Assembly: GCA_965248265.1 (NCBI GenBank)
Contig: CBDFJF010000002.1
Span: 2,816,001-2,880,000 of the forward strand
From: Candidatus Latescibacterota bacterium
Lineage (GTDB): Bacteria; Latescibacterota; UBA2968; UBA8231
DNA length: 64,000 nucleotides
Direction: 5' to 3'
Below, piece after piece: positions 27,095 through 36,163 of the stretch. A model generated the notes under the pieces. It was not told where the DNA came from and searched no databases. It saw only the letters and a list, made by a program, of their open reading frames with translations. Positions within the stretch are counted from its first letter, which is position 1; the number at the start of each line of letters is the position of its first letter. The translations under genes and the position numbers were made by a program.

Positions 27095-29593
27095 ATGGCC
27101 GCCTACGAATCGATCGACATATCAGGTGCGTGCAATGCCGGAGCAGAGCTCTTCGGTGAGGACGAGTTTCCGAGCGGAGAGCAGACCTTTCAAGGGCTGC
27201 CCTTCGCCATCGGCGGCAACGGCGCCACAGCGACACAATGTCTCATCGCCGCCGGGCCCGGACATGCGACGGATCCGCTTTCCATTCCGATCGGTGCAGA
27301 GGCGCACCATGTGGTTTTCGCTCACCGCTTGCTCGAATCGCAAATCTCGAAGGGCGGACCGATTGGCGAGGAGGTGGGGGCTTACGTGTTTCACCTGGCC
27401 GGTGGAGAATCCCACACGGTATCCGTGCGCGAACGCTTCGAGATCTGCACCGTGCCACCGGACGGCGGAGCGCCGTTCCTGGCCAATCCGGACCATGCCG
27501 ACGAGGTGCTGCCGCGCTGGAAGGGCCATTGGACCGACGCGGGCCGGCGCCAGACGGAAGTCAACCGCGGGACAGCGAGATGGTTCGTGCTGTGGTCGTG
27601 GAGGAATCCGACGCCTGACAAACCGATCCAGTCGATCGAAGTCGTCCCCGGCTCTCGGGTGCTGGCTATCGGCGGCATCACGCTGAGCCACCTCGAGGAA
27701 GACCCGATCTGTCGGGAAGGGCTGCGCGACGTCGTCATTACCCTGACCCAGGAGAAGGACGCAGAGAAACCGTTCGACTTGGAGGTCGTCGTCGACCGCG
27801 GGGTGGCGACGTATCCGTACCCGCTGCCCGAGATGACGGCTGACGAGTTCGTGAAGGACGACCACAAGGGTTGGGGAGAGCCGCAGAACGAGAAGAGCAG
27901 CCCGACCCAGGTCGAGATTGCTGCCTCTCCGTCGGCGACGGTGACGGTGAACCGTGGAGGCGAGCCGCTAGGAAACGTGAACTGGGGAGAGGTGCTCGAG
28001 CGTGGCGAGGCAACGTCGGAATCGCGGGTGCATGTTGAACTCGTCGATAGCGGTCGCACCTGGGTGCACACGAGAGTAATCGATGATGCAACCGGCAAGC
28101 CAGTGCCTTGCCGCATCCATTTTCGTTCGCCCAAGGGAGTGGCCTATGCACCGCACGGCCACCACGCCCACGTGAATTCGAACAACGGCACTTGGCATTT
28201 CGACGTCGGCGGTGATATGCGACTCGGCCAGGCGTCCTACGCCTACATCGACGGAACGTGCCAGGGTTGGCTGCCCCGTGGCGAGGTGATCGTCGACGTG
28301 GCGCGCGGATTCGAGTACGAGCCGGTTCGGCAGAAACTGGAAATCAAGGACGGCCAACGCGAGCTGGAGCTGAGACTGAAGCGCTGGTGCCACATGAGCG
28401 AGGATGGGTGGTACAGCGGTGACTCACACGTGCACTTTCTCTCGGCACAGGGCAGTCACACTGAGGCGAACGGCGAAGATCTGAATGTCGTCAACATGCT
28501 GCAGTCGCAGTGGGGCACCCTGTTCACGGACAAACAGGAGTTCACCGGCGGTCCCAGCGTCTCGGACGACGGCAACAGCATCGTCTACGTCTCACAGGAA
28601 AACAGGCAGCATTTCCTCGGTCATCTGATCCTGTGGGGGTTGAAAGAGCCGGTCATGCCCTGGTGCTCGGACGGCCCCGGTGAGGCGGAGCTCGGGGGCA
28701 CGCTGGAAGTGACGATGTCGGACTGGGCTGACCAGACCCACGAGCAGGGTGGGACTGTGGTCATTCCCCATCTGCCCAATCCGAATGGGGAACCGGCAAC
28801 GCTGATCGCCACCGGTCGGGCCGACGCGGTCGAAATGTTGCGTCACGCCGAATTCAATCATCACGAGTACTATCGATATCTCAATTGCGGCTACAAGCTG
28901 CCGCTCGTGGGTGGCACCGACAAGATGTCGAGTGACGTGCCGGTGGGGATCTATCGCACCTACGCCAAGCTGGGGCCGAACGAAGAATTCAACTACGACA
29001 CATGGTGTGCCGCGGTGACGGCAGGCCGGACAGTCCACAGCGGCGGACCGATGCTCAAGTTCAGTGTCGATGGCCACGAAATCGGCGACACAGTGAGCTT
29101 GCCGGGAAACGGCGGCACCGTCGAAGTCGAGGCGGAGGCGGAGAGCATTTTTCCCATCCACTGCCTGCAGGTGGTGCAGGAGGGCCGGGTCGTGGCGGAG
29201 ACATCTGAGGCAACCGGCGCACGCAAGCTCCATCTCAAAGCGCCGGTACAGGTCAGCGGTCACTCCTGGTTGGCGGCGCGGGTGTCAGGCCCGAACTATG
29301 CGTCGGTACCGCATTACGACGGCTGGGGGCGGGGCATCTTCGCCCATACGTCACCCGTCTACATCGCCTGCGGTGGGGAGTGGTGGATGTTCAACCAGGA
29401 CACGGCGACCTACATGCTGACCCTCGTCGATGGCTGCATCGAGTACATCCGCAACACCAGCCGCCTCCACGAAAAAGGAACGGTCACCCATCATCACGGA
29501 GAACAGGATCACCTGGAATACCTGGAACGGCCGTTCCACCAGGCGCGTGCGGCGCTCCACAAACGCATGCACAAGCTGGGGATTCCGCACTGA
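27095..29593 (+). CDS. CehA/McbA-family PHP-like metallohydrolase
   Basis: RGFEY, GWYSGDSHVH, YYRYLNCG, GGTD, AHTSPVY. Confidence 0.82.
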   Translation: MAAYESIDISGACNAGAELFGEDEFPSGEQTFQGLPFAIGGNGATATQCLIAAGPGHATDPLSIPIGAEAHHVVFAHRLLESQISKGGPIGEEVGAYVFHLAGGESHTVSVRERFEICTVPPDGGAPFLANPDHADEVLPRWKGHWTDAGRRQTEVNRGTARWFVLWSWRNPTPDKPIQSIEVVPGSRVLAIGGITLSHLEEDPICREGLRDVVITLTQEKDAEKPFDLEVVVDRGVATYPYPLPEMTADEFVKDDHKGWGEPQNEKSSPTQVEIAASPSATVTVNRGGEPLGNVNWGEVLERGEATSESRVHVELVDSGRTWVHTRVIDDATGKPVPCRIHFRSPKGVAYAPHGHHAHVNSNNGTWHFDVGGDMRLGQASYAYIDGTCQGWLPRGEVIVDVARGFEYEPVRQKLEIKDGQRELELRLKRWCHMSEDGWYSGDSHVHFLSAQGSHTEANGEDLNVVNMLQSQWGTLFTDKQEFTGGPSVSDDGNSIVYVSQENRQHFLGHLILWGLKEPVMPWCSDGPGEAELGGTLEVTMSDWADQTHEQGGTVVIPHLPNPNGEPATLIATGRADAVEMLRHAEFNHHEYYRYLNCGYKLPLVGGTDKMSSDVPVGIYRTYAKLGPNEEFNYDTWCAAVTAGRTVHSGGPMLKFSVDGHEIGDTVSLPGNGGTVEVEAEAESIFPIHCLQVVQEGRVVAETSEATGARKLHLKAPVQVSGHSWLAARVSGPNYASVPHYDGWGRGIFAHTSPVYIACGGEWWMFNQDTATYMLTLVDGCIEYIRNTSRLHEKGTVTHHHGEQDHLEYLERPFHQARAALHKRMHKLGIPH

Positions 29594-29880
29594 GAACCGA
29601 GTTCAGCGACGTCACGGTTTTGTCTGTTCGCGTGCCGGACCCAACGGTACCCGGATGTGCGCGTTGGCCTGGGCAAGGGAATCCGTATCTGCTCAGAGCA
29701 TCGGCACAACCCGCTATCGTCGCCTCGATCGGTATCGCCGCAGAGTCGAAGGCGTAGGCTCGGGTACGGACCAGGTCCGCGGTGGCTGCCACGGGGTCAT
29801 GGGTCGCCTGTGCCAACAGATTGCGAGTCGCCTGCAGTTCACGGTCCAGGCCAGCGGCTTTGGCGTGCAGCTGCGAGGGA

Positions 29881-30852
29881 CTAGCTCTTGTTGCTGGTGT
29901 GCCAGTCGGCCATGACCTGCTCGGTGCGCCGGATTAATTCTTCGTCTTTCTCACTGCGCACAGCCGTGGGGTCCTGTCCGGTCCAGTCGTAATACCCCTT
30001 GCCGGCGTCGAGGCCGGTTTCACCGCGTTCGACCATGGCCTGCAGAAAGGCCAGCGGCTCTTCCCAGCCACCCAGCTCCTTCCACAAATGGCCGGCCACA
30101 CTGACGTGCATCTTGAGACCGTTGATGTCGCGTTGCTTGAGCGGGCCCGCCGTCGTGAACCGCGGGGATAGACCCAGCTGGACTGCCAGGTCGATGGACT
30201 CGGCGTCGGCGACACCGGTGACGAGCAAGTGTACAGCTTCACGAATGATGGCATGCTGCAGGCGATTGATCAGAAAACCGGGGCCATCCTTGTTCACTCG
30301 AACGGTAAGTCGTCCCAACCGCTCCCAGATTTCGCAGGACCGATCCATGGTCTCGTCGGAGGTTTTGTCGCCGCGAATGATTTCGACGACGGGGACGATG
30401 TGCGCGGGTTGTACAAAGTGGGAGCCGCCGATGCGGTCCTGATGAGTCATGCGTTCGCCCAGGGTTGTAATCGGCAAGCCGGAAGTGTTGCTGGCGAGCA
30501 CGGTTTCGCGCGGTGCGATCGCATCCATCTGTTCGAAGAGTACCTGCTTGCCTTCCAGGTTTTCGGAGATCGATTCGACGACGAACTCGGCCGAGTCAAC
30601 AGCGTCTACCACGTCCGTGGTGGGTCTGATCCGATTGACGACGGCGTCGGCGGTTTCTCCTCGTAACTGATCGTGTCTCTCCAGGTCGCCGGCATAACGG
30701 CGGATATTCGCTATTGCATTGTCCAGGGTCTCTTGCCGGCGACTCATCAATACGGCTTCAGTGCTGCCCAGCGCCAGTACCAGAGTGATCTGACTCCCCA
30801 TCAATCCACCGCCCATGACGGCTGACTTATTCAGAAAAAGATCCTGTCCCAT
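29881..30852 (-). CDS. 3-hydroxyacyl-CoA dehydrogenase family protein
   Basis: GGGLMG, VESISE, ASNTS, SHFVQP, PGFLINRLQ. Confidence 0.9.
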   Translation of the reverse strand: MGQDLFLNKSAVMGGGLMGSQITLVLALGSTEAVLMSRRQETLDNAIANIRRYAGDLERHDQLRGETADAVVNRIRPTTDVVDAVDSAEFVVESISENLEGKQVLFEQMDAIAPRETVLASNTSGLPITTLGERMTHQDRIGGSHFVQPAHIVPVVEIIRGDKTSDETMDRSCEIWERLGRLTVRVNKDGPGFLINRLQHAIIREAVHLLVTGVADAESIDLAVQLGLSPRFTTAGPLKQRDINGLKMHVSVAGHLWKELGGWEEPLAFLQAMVERGETGLDAGKGYYDWTGQDPTAVRSEKDEELIRRTEQVMADWHTSNKS

Positions 30853-30949
30853 GGTTCCCCTTTTTCATATTCCTTTACTTCGTGAATGCGGCTGTTGAGA
30901 GTGCGGACAAAAAAGATATCACACAACAAGAGAACGGGTAAGGTGAGAC

Positions 30950-32455
30950 ATGGCTGACTACGGACTCTACTGGGGCGAAATCCACAACCACAACGAACTG
31001 GGTTACGCTCAGGGTAGTATCGGGCGCAGCTACGACATCGCGCGCTCGCACCTTGATTTCTATTCCTTCACTCCGCACGGTCTCCACGCCGATGGGGGCT
31101 CGCCCGATGGTTTTCCGATTGTCAACGCCAACTGGGACAAGATCAGGCAGGCTGCCATTGACTATAATGCCCCCGGTGCATTCACCTGCTTTCTCGGCTA
31201 TGAGTGGCACTCACATCGGTGGGGGCATCTGCACGTGGTCAGCGCAGAGGATGCCGAGTCCATGTTCTGCGCCAGTTCGTACCAGGAGCTGCAGGATCAT
31301 TTTCGCGGTCGGCCCACGATCATGGTGCCGCACCACACCGGCTATCATCAAGGCGTCGATTGGGAGCTGTTCGACGAGGAAGTCTCTCCCGTGGTCGAGA
31401 TTTTTTCGGAGCATGGTTGCTCTGAGCGGGATATCGGTTCGTTCCCGATGCTCGGGCACAGTGGCGGCCCGGGAGCGTCGCAATTCACGCTGCAGCAAGG
31501 CCTGGCACTAGGTCACAAATTCGGCTTCACGGCCGGTACCGATAACCATGACGGTTATCCCGCCGGGTACGGGTTGGGCCTGACCGGCGTGTGGGCACGG
31601 GAGAACACGCGCGAGGGGATTTTGGAAGCATTGCGGGCCCGCCGCACCCTCGCCGTCACCGGAGATCGGATCTGCCTCACCTTCAATGCCGGAGATGCGC
31701 CCATGGGTAGCGTCGTTGAGGGGAGCAGCCCCACGGAATTGTCTTACGAAGTGCAAGGATGGGACTTCATCAAACAGGTCGAGTTGGTGCGCGACAACGT
31801 GCCGGTCCAGGTGAAGACGCCTGACTACACGGCCCCACAGGCATCGGGTGAGCAGCTCTACCGGGTGCGCCTTGAGTACGGCTGGGGGCCGATGAAGGGG
31901 TACCAGGTCTACGACTGGAAGGGCAGCCTGAAGGTCGAACACGGCTGCCTGAAGCAGGTGATACCCTGCTTTACTTCTGATCCCTTTGACGAGCAGCGGC
32001 GCAAACGTGTCGAAGACCGGGATGAGGCCGGTTGCACTTGGCAATCCCATACTTCGCGCGGCGGCATCTTCACCAGCCGTAACGGCGCCACTGCTCCGTC
32101 TGCCAACGATGCGCTATGCCTGGAGGTGTTGGGCGATGAAAAAACGCGGCTGACTGTCACCTTCGACTGCACTACCCACAAGAGCCTGCTGGCCACGGGG
32201 CCGGATCTGTCCATTTCCTCCGGCATTGGCCGACTCGAACGGTCCCTTACTGTCGGTGAACTGCTGGAGGGCCGCCAGGGCTTCCGGCTCGATGGCATGC
32301 CCACTTGGGTGGTCGCGCACAGGGCGGTACCGCCGCATCTGTACAGCATGAAGGGGAGCTATGGCCATGACGCAGGTGAAGTGGCCTGCTACTATCTTCG
32401 GGTTACCCAGGAGAATGGCCAGATGGCCTGGGCAAGTCCGCTGTGGATCGGATGA
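30950..32455 (+). CDS. DUF3604-type PHP-domain protein
   Basis: YWGEIHNH, GYEW, PHH, EIFSEHG, GTDNHDG, YYLRVTQENGQMAWASP. Confidence 0.82.
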   Translation: MADYGLYWGEIHNHNELGYAQGSIGRSYDIARSHLDFYSFTPHGLHADGGSPDGFPIVNANWDKIRQAAIDYNAPGAFTCFLGYEWHSHRWGHLHVVSAEDAESMFCASSYQELQDHFRGRPTIMVPHHTGYHQGVDWELFDEEVSPVVEIFSEHGCSERDIGSFPMLGHSGGPGASQFTLQQGLALGHKFGFTAGTDNHDGYPAGYGLGLTGVWARENTREGILEALRARRTLAVTGDRICLTFNAGDAPMGSVVEGSSPTELSYEVQGWDFIKQVELVRDNVPVQVKTPDYTAPQASGEQLYRVRLEYGWGPMKGYQVYDWKGSLKVEHGCLKQVIPCFTSDPFDEQRRKRVEDRDEAGCTWQSHTSRGGIFTSRNGATAPSANDALCLEVLGDEKTRLTVTFDCTTHKSLLATGPDLSISSGIGRLERSLTVGELLEGRQGFRLDGMPTWVVAHRAVPPHLYSMKGSYGHDAGEVACYYLRVTQENGQMAWASPLWIG

Positions 32456-32600
32456 CGAAGAGACACTTCGATCCACTCAGGCCGATTCGGACCTTCCCCG
32501 TACCGGACCGCTACGAATTCACCCAGAGCACCGAATCCGTCTGCGTCTATGACATCGAGTCCATGGATTCGTCGTGGAATTTCCCGTCGGCGTAAACGAT
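32452..32600 (+). pseudogene. Truncated N-terminus of a possible YVTN/YncE-like propeller gene
   Basis: ATGA-coupled start MTKRHFDP..SVCVYDIESMD, frameshift to VVEFPVG, then stops. Confidence 0.4.
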
Positions 32601-32746
32601 GAAATCTACGTCTACGGATACTGGGGCCCTGGTATCGGCTGGTTTCGACAACGGTTGCACATTCACCGTGACGGCCTCCCCAATGGTGCGTATATTTGAG
32701 TTCGTTCCGGAGTCATGTTTTCCCCCCGACCAGTTTCCGATACCCC

Positions 32747-32929
32747 ATGATCGAACCCGTGGTTCATCGGCGTTCCGTCTCTGATCACAACCAGTCCCGA
32801 GAGGACCTGGAATACTGGCTTCAACGCACCCCTGCGGAGCGCATAGCCGCAGTCGAGGATCTCCGGCGACAACACTATGGAAGTACAGCGAGATTTCAGC
32901 GAGTTGCTCGCGTTGTTCAACGAGCATGA
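32747..32929 (+). CDS. Small putative antitoxin/partner of the nucleotidyltransferase
   Basis: 60 aa, DLEYWLQRTPAERIAAVEDLR; overlaps the next gene by 53 nt. Confidence 0.7.
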   Translation: MIEPVVHRRSVSDHNQSREDLEYWLQRTPAERIAAVEDLRRQHYGSTARFQRVARVVQRA

Positions 32930-33323
32930 CGTAGCGTACGTCATCGTCGGGGGCTACGCACTGGCTTTTCACGGCGCTCCCCGCAATACCGGTGACATCG
33001 ACATTCTCGTACGCTCAGATCGCGAAAACGCTGAGCGCATCGTCCGTGCATTGGATGATTTCGGTTTCGGATCCCTCAAGCTCAGCGCCGCCGATTTCTC
33101 ACAGCCCGATCGAGTTGTCCAACTCGGGTATCCTCCCGTTCGCGTTGATTTGATGACCTCGATTTCAGGTGTTACCTGGGAACAGGTGGAGAGCGGCCTA
33201 GCGACCGGCACGTATGGTGACGTACCCGTGCGTTTCATCGGACGGTCCGAGCTGGTCACAAACAAGAGATCAACCGGGCGTACCAGGGATCGGGCCGATT
33301 TGGAGTCTCTCGGAGAAGACTGA
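32877..33323 (+). CDS. Nucleotidyltransferase-fold protein (putative TA component)
   Basis: IVGGYALAFHGAPRNTGDID; K..GRTRDRADLE C-terminus. Confidence 0.82.
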   Translation: MEVQRDFSELLALFNEHDVAYVIVGGYALAFHGAPRNTGDIDILVRSDRENAERIVRALDDFGFGSLKLSAADFSQPDRVVQLGYPPVRVDLMTSISGVTWEQVESGLATGTYGDVPVRFIGRSELVTNKRSTGRTRDRADLESLGED

Positions 33324-33330
33324 CCACCCG

Positions 33331-33632
33331 TTACTCTTCCGAAATCCTTCATCTTCTGCAGCAGCGTCCAACGGCTGATGCCGAGTTGCTCTGACATGCG
33401 GGTCTTGTTGGCGCCGCAGGACTCGAACGCCGCCTGAATCATTTCCCGCTCGACGTCTGATATGACGTCCTTCAGCTTGCATCGCGCCGCCATGAACGCG
33501 CCGTTGGTTCGGCCGGCCGGATTTTTCGCGACAACGCATCCAGACCGATCGCTCCGTCGTCAGGGTTCAGCACCAGTGAGCGTCCGTCAGCATGTGAGCC
33601 TGGGATTCCAGAATCACATTGCGAGTTCCCTC
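33331..33632 (-). pseudogene. 3' remnant of an NtrC-type sigma54 activator (Fis HTH), copy A
   Basis: Degenerate REL-NVI-E, then VEREMIQAAFESCGANKTRMSEQLGISRWTLLQKMKDFG; frameshifts. Confidence 0.82.
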
Positions 33633-33648
33633 CTTTTGTGGTAGATTC

Positions 33649-33670
33649 CTGTGAATCACAGAAACTGTGA
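33649..33670. promoter_or_regulatory. Probable antitoxin operator
   Basis: CTGTGA-A-TCACAG-AAA-CTGTGA: three alternating half-sites ending 8 nt before the ATG. Confidence 0.6.
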
Positions 33671-33678
33671 GAATGTGT

Positions 33679-33942
33679 ATGAAGAACATCACTGTGTCGG
33701 TGGATGAGGAAACCTATCGGCGTGCCAGGGTGAAGGCAGCGCAGGCGGGCACTTCGGTGTCTGCCCTGGTGCGGTCATTCCTCGCTACTCTGAACCAGAC
33801 CCGCGAAGTGGAGACCGAATTCGACCGGCTTCGACGCCTGCAGGAGGAAACTTTGGCGGGGATCGTCGAGCGTGGTGGCGGGCTGCGTTCCTGCGATAAC
33901 CTGAGCCGGGAGGCGCTCAACGAACGCCATGCGGTTCGTTGA
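33679..33942 (+). CDS. vapB: Ribbon-helix-helix antitoxin (VapB-like)
   Basis: MKNITVSVDEETYRRARVKAAQAGTSVSALVR..LSREALNER; overlaps the PIN gene. Confidence 0.85.
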   Translation: MKNITVSVDEETYRRARVKAAQAGTSVSALVRSFLATLNQTREVETEFDRLRRLQEETLAGIVERGGGLRSCDNLSREALNERHAVR

Positions 33943-34345
33943 CACGAATGTCTTGATCTACGCCGTCAGCACAGCTGAGGAAGACCGTGTCAAACAAGGT
34001 CGAGCCCTGAAGCTGTTGGACGAACGTGATCTGGCCCTTTCGGTGCAGGTGCTTCAGGAGTTTTACGTTCAAGCGACGCGTGAATCTCGCTCAGGGGCTC
34101 TCACGCACGGAGAGGCAGTGACTTTTGCGACGGCCTTGCAGCGCTACCCAATTCAGGAGACCAGTCTCGAGGTCATGCATTCGGCTTTGGGCATGCGCCA
34201 GCGCTTTGGTCTGTCGTACTGGGACAGCGCCATCATTGCGGCAGCCCACGAGCTGGGATGTGATACCCTGTATTCGGAGGATTTCAACGCTGGTCAGGAC
34301 TACGACGGCGTGCGGGTAGCCAATCCGTTTGGCGAAACAGCCTAA
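33929..34345 (+). CDS. vapC: PIN-domain toxin
   Basis: FVDTNVLIY, QVLQEF, SYWDS, LYSEDF, NPF. Confidence 0.92.
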   Translation: MRFVDTNVLIYAVSTAEEDRVKQGRALKLLDERDLALSVQVLQEFYVQATRESRSGALTHGEAVTFATALQRYPIQETSLEVMHSALGMRQRFGLSYWDSAIIAAAHELGCDTLYSEDFNAGQDYDGVRVANPFGETA

Positions 34346-34384
34346 GGATGTAGCTCATTCAATCAGCAGGATGCCTCGCATACG

Positions 34385-34516
34385 CTACTCTGTTCCAAAG
34401 TCCTTCATCTTCTGCAGAAGTGTCCAGCGGCTGATGCCCAGCTGCTCTGACATGTGGGTCTTGTTACCGTCGCAGGACTCGAACGCCGCCTGAATCATTT
34501 CGCGCTCGACCTCTGA
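34385..34516 (-). repeat. 3' remnant of an NtrC-type activator (Fis HTH), copy B
   Basis: EVEREMIQAAFESCDGNKTHMSEQLGISRWTLLQKMKDFGTE*; 116/132 identical to 33331-33460. Confidence 0.88.
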
Positions 34517-34975
34517 GCCCGATCGCGAATATCCGCATCACGGCGCCGTCTTCAACTTTACTGCGTTGATGTTCAAGGGCTGAGTAAAGTCGTCCAGGTG
34601 ACACCGCGATCACCTTTGCGCTGAAGAGTCGGTGTTGAATGGATTTTAGCTCAACAGTGTGGTCATGTGTTCCAGGAGTGAATAGCCCCACACGACGCTC
34701 ACGCGTATCAGGACGAATCCTTCGGCTAGGCATGGCGGATGCGTCCATCAGCTGGTAGCTGCGATGCAGGTCCGCAAGATCCGATTGGGATTCTTCCAGA
34801 TCGTGTCGCACCTCCTGGTTGACAAACAGTGGCAGGGGCACCAGCGCCGAGAGATTGTCCTTCGACTCGATTCAAGCGCGGGTGCTGTTACGGGTCTGGG
34901 CATGAATACTCCTGCGATTCACATTAAGCCAACTGGAGTGCGACCGAACCCTAACCCCAAACCATATCCAACGCC

Positions 34976-36163
34976 ATGACCGCATCGAACACTACGCATG
35001 AACCGCGTCCCCACGTTCGACGGGTTCTGTATGAAACGGGGCCGGGACATCGCCGTTTTACGAATGGAACCATTCTGTCACTGGACACGGACGGGCACAA
35101 GCTGCTGATGGCGATGACGGTTTTCGCCGACGAGGTTCACGATTACTCGGCGTCGACGGTGCGCTTCTTTCGCTCAGCCGACGCGGGGTTCACCTGGAGT
35201 GACTTCGACCAGGGCGAGGTCTTTGCCCGCCCTGATCTGGGAACCACGCGTGCCCCGTCTCTGCTGCGCGCCGCGAACGGCGACATCCTCAACTTCTTTC
35301 ACATTGTGCGCGACGCGGAGAGCGATGCCGGCCCATGGGTACGCCGCTCACTCGACAACGGCAACAGCTGGGGGGAGCCTGAGCGCCTGCCGTACGAGGG
35401 TGAAGGTGGTACGTCGGGCGATCATCCCAAGGTGCTGAGCACGGGGAGAATCATCGTGCCCTGTTGCGTTTCCCTGGATGGGCACCTCTCAAATTACGCC
35501 TATTGTATGGTTTCGGACGATGACGGACACAGCTGGCGCAAGAGTCGATATCAGACGACCAGCCGGAGCCTTCCCGACAACGTCGAAGCGCCAGAAGCGG
35601 AAAACGAAATCGAGCGACAGCACCTGATCGGCCACAAGCTTCGCATTCACGCGGCGGAGGAGCCTGCAGTGGTCGAACGGTGGGACGGATCACTTCTGAT
35701 GTTCGTGCGCTGCTATGCCGGGTGGATCTATCGGGCGTTGTCGCGCGACGGCGGGGACAGCTGGAGCGAGTTCGAGTCCAGCGACATTCCGGTCCCGGGG
35801 GCGCAGCCCTCGCTGAAGCGAATGCCCAACGGCGATATCCTGATGTTGTTCAACCGGTCACGGCCCGAAGAGATTGACGGTGGCTTTCCCCGGAACCGCT
35901 TGGGCAGTGCGGTCTCGCAGGATGACGGCGTCACCTGGGAACACATCCGGAACATCGACGGCGGGTCGGACTTTCCCGGCAAGATCACCATGGCGAATGT
36001 AACGTTCGTAAGAAACCAGGCGGTGATAACCTACAGTCGATCCGAGACTAGAAAGAACCACTACTCGTGGTGGCTGCAGATCCTGCCGCTGGAGTGGTTT
36101 TACGCTGGGTCGAATGAGGAGATTTATAGCCGGCCGTTTCAGCCGGCGCCGAGGCGGGTGTAG
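34976..36163 (+). CDS. BNR/Asp-box exo-sialidase-family protein
   Basis: Five S-x-D-x-G-x-(T/S)-W boxes; EPAVVE; PRNRL. Confidence 0.88.
   Translation: MTASNTTHEPRPHVRRVLYETGPGHRRFTNGTILSLDTDGHKLLMAMTVFADEVHDYSASTVRFFRSADAGFTWSDFDQGEVFARPDLGTTRAPSLLRAANGDILNFFHIVRDAESDAGPWVRRSLDNGNSWGEPERLPYEGEGGTSGDHPKVLSTGRIIVPCCVSLDGHLSNYAYCMVSDDDGHSWRKSRYQTTSRSLPDNVEAPEAENEIERQHLIGHKLRIHAAEEPAVVERWDGSLLMFVRCYAGWIYRALSRDGGDSWSEFESSDIPVPGAQPSLKRMPNGDILMLFNRSRPEEIDGGFPRNRLGSAVSQDDGVTWEHIRNIDGGSDFPGKITMANVTFVRNQAVITYSRSETRKNHYSWWLQILPLEWFYAGSNEEIYSRPFQPAPRRV

Noticed and set aside
29600-29880. Minus-strand protein-like stretch (LHAKAAGLDRELQATRNLL..)
   Set aside because: Possibly another remnant, but I recognise no motif to support a call
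14477-34516. Diverged repeat pairs as DGR template/variable repeats
   Set aside because: Differences are not adenine-specific and there is no reverse transcriptase in the window
34520-34970. ORFs 34464-34841 and 34764-34979
   Set aside because: No recognisable motifs or RBS; probably junction debris
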